In this document: positions 18,478-25,176 of the stretch, in pieces | Numbering within the stretch: the first letter of the stretch is position 1 | Layout of the letters: each line of letters opens with the position of its first letter | Assembly (NCBI GenBank): GCA_046483495.1 | Contig: JAWODC010000062.1 | Span: 1 to 25,176 of the forward strand | Origin: Desulfobacterales bacterium | GTDB taxonomy: Bacteria; Desulfobacterota; Desulfobacteria; Desulfobacterales; UBA5616 | Direction: 5' to 3' | Length of the DNA stretch: 25,176 nt | Notes under the pieces: generated by a model | Told to the model about the DNA's origin: nothing | Database searches by the model: none | What the model saw: the letters and a program-made list of their open reading frames with translations, nothing else | Position numbers and translations under genes: made by a program

Positions 18478-18498
18478 ATGGCTAGCCATATCATAGCA
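18476..18498 (-). promoter_or_regulatory. vapBC operator palindrome and extended -10 element
   Basis: Perfect 16-bp palindrome ATATGGCTAGCCATAT (18476-18491), overlapped by TGCTATGAT (TGnTATAAT-like) on the - strand at 18498-18490. Confidence 0.65.
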
Positions 18499-18603
18499 GG
18501 TTCTCGTATGTCAATAATGGATGGATTACCAAAGTTCAGTTTCTGCATTTCACGGGTCCATGAGCATGCCTTCGGAGCTTCGACCGCATGAGCGGCTTTT
18601 AAC

Positions 18604-19683
18604 TTAATACCGCCCAATAATGTCTCTTTTTTTATTCTCCATGATATTTTTGCACATTTTACTAAATTTTTTTTCTTTTCTCCGCTTTTCCGCCAGGGTC
18701 ATCCGGTTATGGGCGATCTCCCGCCTTATCCGCATATAGTTTTCATAACGCTTTTCATCGATTTCGCCGGTCTGCAGGGCGGCCAATACGGCGCAACCCT
18801 TTTCAGTGGTGTGCGAGCAGTCATTGAAGCGGCAGTCGGATGCAAAATGATCGATATCCTCAAAGGTTTCGGCCAGCCCCTGTTCGGATTCCATGCTGCC
18901 CAGCTCCCGCATTCCCGGGTTGTCTATAATCATTGCCCCGTTATCCAGGATGATCAGTTCTCGGCGGGTGGTCGTATGTCTGCCCTTTCCATCCTTCTGG
19001 CGCACCTCCCGGGTGCTCAGACCGCCGTCGCCCAAAAGGTTGTTCAACAAAGTGGTCTTCCCCACGCCGGACGAACCCAAAAGGCAATAGGTTCGCCCAC
19101 GTTCCATGAGATCCAGCACCCGCTGAAGGCTGCCGGGTTGCAGGTTGCTGAAGCCCAATGCCTGAAGTCCCGGCTGAATCTTCCTTGCGGACTCCAGGCT
19201 GCTTTCCACCTCTTCAGGGGAAGCCAGATCGCTCTTGCTGAGCAGCAGCACCGGCCGGATGTTTCCCTGGTTTATCATAACCAGGCAGCGCTCCAGGCGG
19301 CGCAGGTTGAAATCCCGGCCCACGGACTGCATGATAAAGGCGGTATCGATGTTCGCCGCGATGACCTGGTGCTCTACCTGTTTGCCGGCAGACTTGCGGG
19401 TCAACATCGACTTGCGGGGCAATAGCCTGTCAACAACAGCAAACCCGCCTTCATCCAAAATCCGGGCCAGCACCCAGTCGCCCACCGCGGGCAAGTCAAG
19501 AGGCGAGGCGGCGGCGAACATCATCTTTCCGGTCAGTTCGGCCCGAATCCGCCGGCTGCCGTCATGGATCAGGCAGGAATCCGTATGCACTCCTACAACG
19601 CGTGCGGGCGCATCATCTTTACTGTCCCCGGTGCAATGGCCGCCGCTGCAAAACGCCTCGTATCCCAGATCACTTAAATTCAT
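18604..19683 (-). CDS. rsgA: Ribosome small subunit-dependent GTPase A (RsgA/YjeQ)
   Basis: PAVGDWV (OB fold), QVIAANID, SKSDL (G4), GSSGVGKTTLLN (G1), GRHTTT, IIDNPGMRE (G3), CRFNDCSHTTEKGC zinc finger. Likely start ATG 19683 or 19689. Confidence 0.95.
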   Translation of the reverse strand: MNLSDLGYEAFCSGGHCTGDSKDDAPARVVGVHTDSCLIHDGSRRIRAELTGKMMFAAASPLDLPAVGDWVLARILDEGGFAVVDRLLPRKSMLTRKSAGKQVEHQVIAANIDTAFIMQSVGRDFNLRRLERCLVMINQGNIRPVLLLSKSDLASPEEVESSLESARKIQPGLQALGFSNLQPGSLQRVLDLMERGRTYCLLGSSGVGKTTLLNNLLGDGGLSTREVRQKDGKGRHTTTRRELIILDNGAMIIDNPGMRELGSMESEQGLAETFEDIDHFASDCRFNDCSHTTEKGCAVLAALQTGEIDEKRYENYMRIRREIAHNRMTLAEKRRKEKKFSKMCKNIMENKKRDIIGRY

Positions 19684-19988
19684 CTTCATTTTCCCCAAAA
19701 GAGCCCGAATACGATATAAAGCCAAAAATCTACTCTATCGGCCGAAGTCGACGATAAAGTCGATCAGCAAGACTGCGCATTCATCCAAACTTCCTCTGTG
19801 CCGGCAATCTTGAACTGCAAGCATCAATTCCCTGTCGTTGACGCCGGACGGAAAAGCGCTGATCGTGATCGAATACTCTGATGTTCCGGATTATAACTCT
19901 TCAAAGGTAATGGCAATTTTTTCAGACTAGTTTTATGGTGGTCGTCGTCGTCATGAATATCTTTTTTAGGTGAACGGTTATTCACTTC

Positions 19989-20141
19989 TTAGCAATCCAG
20001 GTCGTTTTCCCATGCGTTATTCAGGTATTTAAAATGCCTTTCGATTCCCACAATGCAGATCAACTCAGGAACAAGATCGCTAAGACTCTCCAGTTCCTGC
20101 ATTTTTTGTTCCAATTCTTCATAGGTTGGTTTTGATTCCAT
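19989..20141 (-). pseudogene. N-terminal remnant of a PAS sensor protein
   Basis: MESKPTYEELEQKMQELE coiled-coil leader plus the start of a PAS fold (VPELICIVGIERHFKYLNNAWE). Stops after 50 aa. Confidence 0.6.
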
Positions 20142-20331
20142 ATAAATCCACTGTTCAGATTCAAACAGAAAGACGGCTTGGGCCGGCGGAAACGTCCGAA
20201 GCCGATACAGTCGCTTCAACGCTGTCATTAGAGGTCTTGACTCCGGGCATCTGATCCGAAATGGGGTAGAAGGGCGTCTTCAAAAAAAAGGCTTATGGTG
20301 CCCGGTATCCCAGCCTCAGCGCTGTCTGCAG

Positions 20332-23300
20332 TCATTGCCCACGTATCGAAGAAAGCAGTAGATCTGTATTTCCGCTTTTGGACCGGTATGCACTTGCTCC
20401 AGCCTCGATCATTTCGGCGGCTTTGTCATCCTCATCATACATGGACAGACCGATAATCCGGATGTGGGGGAATTCTGAAGTTATGGCACGCGTGGCTTCT
20501 ATGCCGTCCATTTTGGGCATATTCACATCCATCAGTATCACGTCAGGCAATAATTCGCGGGCCAGGTTAACGGCTTCTTCACCATCCGATGCTTGACCAA
20601 GAACCTCGATATCAGCGTGAAGGTCAAGCAAATTTGCCAAACCATCCCGCATGACCCGGTGGTCATCAACCAGAAGAATGGATATCTTTTCCGGTTTGAT
20701 CGCTCTATCGATTTTTCTTTTTTCTATCCTATTGAAGAGCGGCAGCTGTTCTTTAGTGCTTATCTTTTCCTGGATGGGAACGGTGATTGAAATATCAGTT
20801 CCGGCATTCGGACTGCTTTCAACATCAACTTTACCCCCAAGATGCTGTAAACGCTCTTCAATGCTGAAAAGACCGAACTGCGAGGAAGAATATTTTTTCT
20901 TTTGTACTCTTTTTGGGTCAAAGCCCTTCCCCTCGTCGCTCACCATAATCAGCAGATCCCCGTTTACAATTTTTGTGGATACAGTTGCAGACTTTATACC
21001 GGAATGCTTCAGTGTGTTTAACAACAGCTCACGGATGGATTGGAACAACAATATAATAATGTCTTTTCTTTTCAGAACGATCTTTTGGTTTATTTTCAGC
21101 TTCACTTCGAGCCCGTGGGTTTCAAGCATCCACCGGGCCAACCACTTTAGGGAGTCTGTCAAGTTGCCGGTTCGAAGAACATTGGGGGAGAGTTCGGTTG
21201 ATAATGAACGGGAGGTTCGAAGAGACTGAGTGATAAGATCAAGAACACGGTCGGCTTTAGGTCTTGCAACATCGTCCAGGTCGGATATCAACATTTCCTG
21301 GCCGATTTTGGCACCGACGATCAGTTGCTGCAAGTGATCATGAAGGACTTCGGCAATCCGGTCTCGTTCCCGCTGTTCGGATAGCGTTAGTTCGGAACTG
21401 AGCCGGGCCAGTTGAGTGGCGCGTTTTTCCAGTTCCTCAGTTCGTTCTTTCACGCGAATCTTAAGTTCATCGCGTGCTTGCTGAAGTTCCTGCTGCGATC
21501 GTTTGCGTTCGGTGATATCGGAAAAAATCACCACTCCCGTAGCAACCTTTCCCTGTTGATCGGTAATCGGGGCCGAGCTGACGGAAATCCAACCGTACGA
21601 TTTGTCCCCGCGCATGATTTTCACTTCTTCGTTTTGTACAATTTCCCCATTTGTTATTGTGCGTGCCAATGGCCATTCATCTGCGCGGTATTCCCTACCA
21701 TCCGGGTGATAGACTTTTTTATATCCCGCAATCGTTTTGACAGGCAAAGCATCTTGCCGAAAAATCGTTTTTACCTGATCACTTGCGAGGACGATCTTGC
21801 CTGACAACGCATCCGCAATCATAATCCCCTCGGGAAGATTACGAATGATGGTTTGCAGGCGGACCTGTTCCGTCTTGAGCGCTTCTTCAGCTTTTATCCG
21901 ATCCATAAGGTCGGCGGCTTGTCGGGCCAACACATCTAAAGTGCGCAACTCGCCTTTCGAAGGATCATGCGGCTTCTTCCAATGAGTGGAAAGCATGCCC
22001 AGTAACGTCCCCGACCGGGAGAACAACGGCGTCGACTGGACAGCTCGAATGCCGGTTTGAGTATATATTTCGAGATCTTCACTGCCGGCCATAAACTCAC
22101 ACGTAAAAACGTCCGGCACAACAAAGCGCTTTCCGGTCTTCAGAACCGCACCACAAGCACTTTGAGACGACGGACTGACCCATTCCCAATATTTTGCGGC
22201 CTTTTCGTTGAAGCCCCGATATCCGATGAGCTGAAGCTTTTCTCCATTTCTCTTGTCGGGATGAAGTATTTGTATGCTTGCGAAGTCCGCATTCAGCACC
22301 TCAATTGCCGTATCGAGAATCTGCTCGTACAGTGTCTGAATGCTGTCGGCCTGGATCATTTTCGTGCTGATTTCCTGGATGCTCCGGGCATACTGAAGCT
22401 CTCTTGCAAGGCTTTGTTTGTTTTGGTGCAAGGCCTCTTCCGTATGTTTGCGATCGGTGATATCCATAACAAGACCGACCGTTTGCAATGGATTGCCTTT
22501 TTCATCGAAATCGGTCCGACCCCGAACCATGACCCAACGGATGCGACCATCCGGTAAAATGATCCGATGCTCGGTATTGAATTCGGGTGTTGATATTCGA
22601 TGAAATCGATCCCGTGCCTCTTCAAGCACGTTCGTAAAATCATCGGGATGAATGGCCGCCGGTATTCCGTCCTTCAAAGGAAGCCCAACATCAGGTCCGT
22701 GACCGAAAATGGATAAAAACTCAGGTGACCAGTAATCTTCTCCGGTTTGCAGGTTCCTTGAATACGTGCCCACCTTCGCGGCCTTGGCAGCCATACCGAA
22801 GCGCTCGCCGTATTTTTTAAGCTCAGCTTCATACGCTTTGCGCTTAGAGATATCGCTGATGGTACCGAACCATTCAATGATTTCGCCGTCCTCATCCTTA
22901 ATCGGAACCGCTCGTGAAAAAGTCCATCCCCAGGTGCCGTCAGGTCGCCGGACCCTATGCTCGAGCCTGTAAACGCTTTTGTTACGAATCGCCTTTTGTA
23001 TGGCGGCACTGGCAACCGCCTGATCATCAGGGTGAATATATTTATAAAACCAGTCCCGATCGGGCTTTTCAGCACTAACCCGCAAATCGCCGCTATAAAG
23101 ATGGTACATCTCGCTCCAATCCGGGCTCATATGATAGAGCGCTTCCGAACTGGCACTCAATAATGCACGGAAGCGCCTCTCCTTTTCACGCAATGCCTGC
23201 TCCGCCCGGGTTCGATCCGTAACGTCAAGCACCTGGGAAAGCACTGATTCGAGCTTACCCTGTGTATCGTAGACAGCCGAACTATACCATTCGCAATAAA

Positions 23301-23634
23301 TGATGGAGCCGTTCCTGGTATAATTCCGGTTGAAATTGAAGCTCCTGGGGCGGGTGCCTGTAAGCATATCATTCGATAACTTGCTAACGGAAGCCCTGTC
23401 CTCTTCGTGAACCCAATGCATTGCGTCCATTTTTTTGCCGATAATCTCCCGGGATTTCCAGCCGAACATCCGTTCTGCGGCGCCGGACCACCGAATTACG
23501 GTAAAAGAGGCGTCAAATTCGATAATTGCAATGGGCGAGTTGGCAAGGTGTGCTTTAAGGTGCTTTTGAGAGAACATTTCCCCGTCACTTTGCGCGGGTA
23601 AATGATTTGTTTTTTTTAACACGTTAGTCGCCAT
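20332..23634 (-). CDS. Cytoplasmic hybrid sensor kinase: PAS-PAS-PAS-GAF-PAS-HisKA_3-HATPase-REC
   Basis: 1100 aa, no evident TM. Repeated HPDD/DIT PAS-PAC motifs, GAF (AVQSTPLFSRSGTLLGMLSTH), ERDRIAEVLHDHLQQ, ELLLNTLKHSG, DEGKGFD, REC (LLVDDH..LMDVNMP..SK). Confidence 0.95.
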   Translation of the reverse strand: MATNVLKKTNHLPAQSDGEMFSQKHLKAHLANSPIAIIEFDASFTVIRWSGAAERMFGWKSREIIGKKMDAMHWVHEEDRASVSKLSNDMLTGTRPRSFNFNRNYTRNGSIIYCEWYSSAVYDTQGKLESVLSQVLDVTDRTRAEQALREKERRFRALLSASSEALYHMSPDWSEMYHLYSGDLRVSAEKPDRDWFYKYIHPDDQAVASAAIQKAIRNKSVYRLEHRVRRPDGTWGWTFSRAVPIKDEDGEIIEWFGTISDISKRKAYEAELKKYGERFGMAAKAAKVGTYSRNLQTGEDYWSPEFLSIFGHGPDVGLPLKDGIPAAIHPDDFTNVLEEARDRFHRISTPEFNTEHRIILPDGRIRWVMVRGRTDFDEKGNPLQTVGLVMDITDRKHTEEALHQNKQSLARELQYARSIQEISTKMIQADSIQTLYEQILDTAIEVLNADFASIQILHPDKRNGEKLQLIGYRGFNEKAAKYWEWVSPSSQSACGAVLKTGKRFVVPDVFTCEFMAGSEDLEIYTQTGIRAVQSTPLFSRSGTLLGMLSTHWKKPHDPSKGELRTLDVLARQAADLMDRIKAEEALKTEQVRLQTIIRNLPEGIMIADALSGKIVLASDQVKTIFRQDALPVKTIAGYKKVYHPDGREYRADEWPLARTITNGEIVQNEEVKIMRGDKSYGWISVSSAPITDQQGKVATGVVIFSDITERKRSQQELQQARDELKIRVKERTEELEKRATQLARLSSELTLSEQRERDRIAEVLHDHLQQLIVGAKIGQEMLISDLDDVARPKADRVLDLITQSLRTSRSLSTELSPNVLRTGNLTDSLKWLARWMLETHGLEVKLKINQKIVLKRKDIIILLFQSIRELLLNTLKHSGIKSATVSTKIVNGDLLIMVSDEGKGFDPKRVQKKKYSSSQFGLFSIEERLQHLGGKVDVESSPNAGTDISITVPIQEKISTKEQLPLFNRIEKRKIDRAIKPEKISILLVDDHRVMRDGLANLLDLHADIEVLGQASDGEEAVNLARELLPDVILMDVNMPKMDGIEATRAITSEFPHIRIIGLSMYDEDDKAAEMIEAGASAYRSKSGNTDLLLSSIRGQ

Positions 23635-23893
23635 GGTTCTGCCTTACTATCCAGCTTTACTAAAATTTTGCATTTGGCCTTTTAAATCGAAACGTTAGCG
23701 TAACTTTACATATCCGGGCATACATTTTCAAGGCAAACCTTGTGTCCAAACACAACTCAGAAAAGCTCAAGCAGAATGGAGGGTTTTTCTTAATTTCTAT
23801 AAACCTTTTGCAATATGTGAAAAGAGCCCCATGATTTTCTGGTGCTCTGGATGCGATTCGAAGATCGTAAGCAAACACTCGGAGTATCCCGGA

Positions 23894-24403
23894 CTAATCC
23901 GAACACACCCCGCGGATTGCAGAAATCAGCACATCGGCGGCACCGTCTTTGGTGAAATACGCAGAGGCCCCAAATGCCTTCATTTGATCGGCCTTCTCCT
24001 GTGCGTCATGCATCGACAATCCAATGATGCAGATATGGGGGTTCTCCGATTTGATCGTGCGGGTTGCTTGGATACCGTCCATTTCCGGCATGGTGATGTC
24101 CATCAGTATGACATCCGGCTTTAGATTTCTTGCCATATCGACAATCTCTTTTCCATTTGCAGCCTCGCCTATGACCTGGATGTCCGCCTGAAGAGCCAGC
24201 ATTGTGGCGAGACCCTGCCGTACAATTTGATGATCGTCTGCAATCAGCACCCGGATGGTTTCTCCGGGTTTTTTGGTAATGTGCGTTTCGGGAATAATTT
24301 TCCGAATGGGTTCTTCTTTCATTTCTCGTGTAACTTCGAAGGGAACGTACAAGGTAAAAGCGGCGCCCTTGCCGGATTCACTTTCAATTTCCAAATCCCC
24401 GCC
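23894..24403 (-). pseudogene. C-terminal fragment of a hybrid kinase (HATPase tail + intact REC domain)
   Basis: GGDLEIESESGKGAAFTLYVP, linker, then VLIADDH..LMDITMPEMDG..FTKD. The upstream 46 codons of the ORF call (24404-24541) are AT-rich and non-homologous. An internal ATG at 24322 could give a 142-aa stand-alone receiver. Confidence 0.8.
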
Positions 24404-24672
24404 TAAAAGATTTAAAAATAAATTATAATTTGAAATGGATAATCCGGCAAGCCAAAAAACGTTTGTTTTGTTCTTTCTATGCGCAAATAGAACCGATTTG
24501 ACATAACGGCCTATTTTTGAGAAAAACAAGATATGAAACAATCTTCCGAAATTCTTCTTTTTCCCTATTTACACTGTCGCCATTCCGGGTCCTTTTTCAC
24601 GTCCGTTATGCCGGCATGCAGTCTGAAAACGGGCGAAAATCGGAATGATGCGCCCCTAACGGCATGAAGGCG

Positions 24673-25176
24673 ATGTCCAAATCCTGGAAAAAAATAATCG
24701 AGGCGGCGATCGAGTTGCGTCACATGCTTCACCGGATCCCCGAGTCGGCTTGGTCGGAGCATAAAACGGCCGGCGCCATTCGCGGAGAGCTTACAAGGGC
24801 GAACATTCCCTGGCGGATGTGTGCCGAAACCGGAACCGTAGCCGTGATCGCGGCCGACGCATCCGGACGCTCCGTTGCGCTTCGGGCCGAAATCGATGCA
24901 TTGCCCATACAGGAACACGGCAGCGTTGTATGGGCCTCTGAGACACCCGGCTGTATGCATGCCTGCGGGCATGACGGCCACACGGCCACCCTTTTTGCCG
25001 CCGCATTATGGCTCAAACAGCAGGAAACGCATCTTCAAAAACCGGTTACCCTCATCTTTCAGCCGGCGGAAGAAGGCGGACACGGGGCGCGCCGCATGAT
25101 TGAAGAAGGGGTTCTCGAAAATGTGGAGGCGGTTTACGGCTGGCACAATTGGCCGGCGGCGCCGTTCGGTCGGGCG
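24673..25176 (+). CDS. M20 family amidohydrolase (hippuricase/DoeB2-like), partial, runs off the window
   Basis: Hand translation: MSKSWKKIIEAAIELRHMLHRIPESAWSEHKTA..ALRAEIDALPI..MHACGHDGHTA..LIFQPAEEGGHGA..YGWHNWP. Alternative start at 24664. Confidence 0.9.
   Translation, partial: MSKSWKKIIEAAIELRHMLHRIPESAWSEHKTAGAIRGELTRANIPWRMCAETGTVAVIAADASGRSVALRAEIDALPIQEHGSVVWASETPGCMHACGHDGHTATLFAAALWLKQQETHLQKPVTLIFQPAEEGGHGARRMIEEGVLENVEAVYGWHNWPAAPFGRA

Noticed and set aside
19733..19920. Protein-like - strand frame (..SITISAFPSGVNDRELMLAVQDC..) upstream of rsgA
   Set aside because: Interrupted by a stop, no clear start and no recognisable family; possibly a remnant but unsupported.
20282..20316. 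Possible intrinsic terminator after the hybrid kinase (AGGCT..AGCCT plus T-run on the - strand)
   Set aside because: Only a 5-bp outer stem with a poorly pairing 18-nt interior; too weak to call.
23729..23750. TGGACACAAGGTTTGC on the - strand upstream of the hybrid kinase as a sigma54 promoter
   Set aside because: GG-to-GC spacing is 11 nt, not the required 10.
24404..24541. N-terminal 46 aa of the 215-aa ORF call 23894..24541
   Set aside because: AT-rich and non-homologous; an open frame extending past the proposed breakpoint rather than real coding sequence.
1..25176. CRISPR arrays, tRNA/rRNA genes, transposases or integrases
   Set aside because: None recognised by eye: no regularly spaced repeats or recombinase motifs. 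Covariance-model scans could not be run.

Overview
Bacterial accessory region, probably from a Desulfobacterota-like organism (inferred only from protein style, e.g. a KPTYEELEQ sensor N-terminus). The + strand block (1-16.8 kb) carries the tail of a B12/radical-SAM (DUF4070-like) gene, hflK-hflC, a collapsed P-type ATPase pseudogene, a B12-binding radical SAM gene, ptsP (GAF-EI) and a PAS-sigma54 activator. Next comes a candidate sigma54 promoter (tandem palindromes, IHF-like site, -24/-12). It precedes an unannotated 42-aa Lys-rich ORF, a GT4 glycosyltransferase with a long glycosidase-like C-terminal domain, a second GT4, two GH130 enzymes and an RRM remnant. PGPGW and DUF2141 genes follow. 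A - strand block (16.9-24.4 kb) carries a DoxX-like gene, vapBC, rsgA, a PAS remnant, a hybrid PAS/GAF HisKA_3 kinase and a HATPase-tail/REC fragment. An M20 amidohydrolase on + runs off the right end. Two highlights: (1) the whole - strand block looks like a ~7.6 kb inversion (16825-24403) whose breakpoints split one kinase gene into two pieces that rejoin in frame without a gap; (2) a putative sigma54-controlled GT4/GH130 mannoside synthesis-and-phosphorolysis operon led by a small basic peptide.
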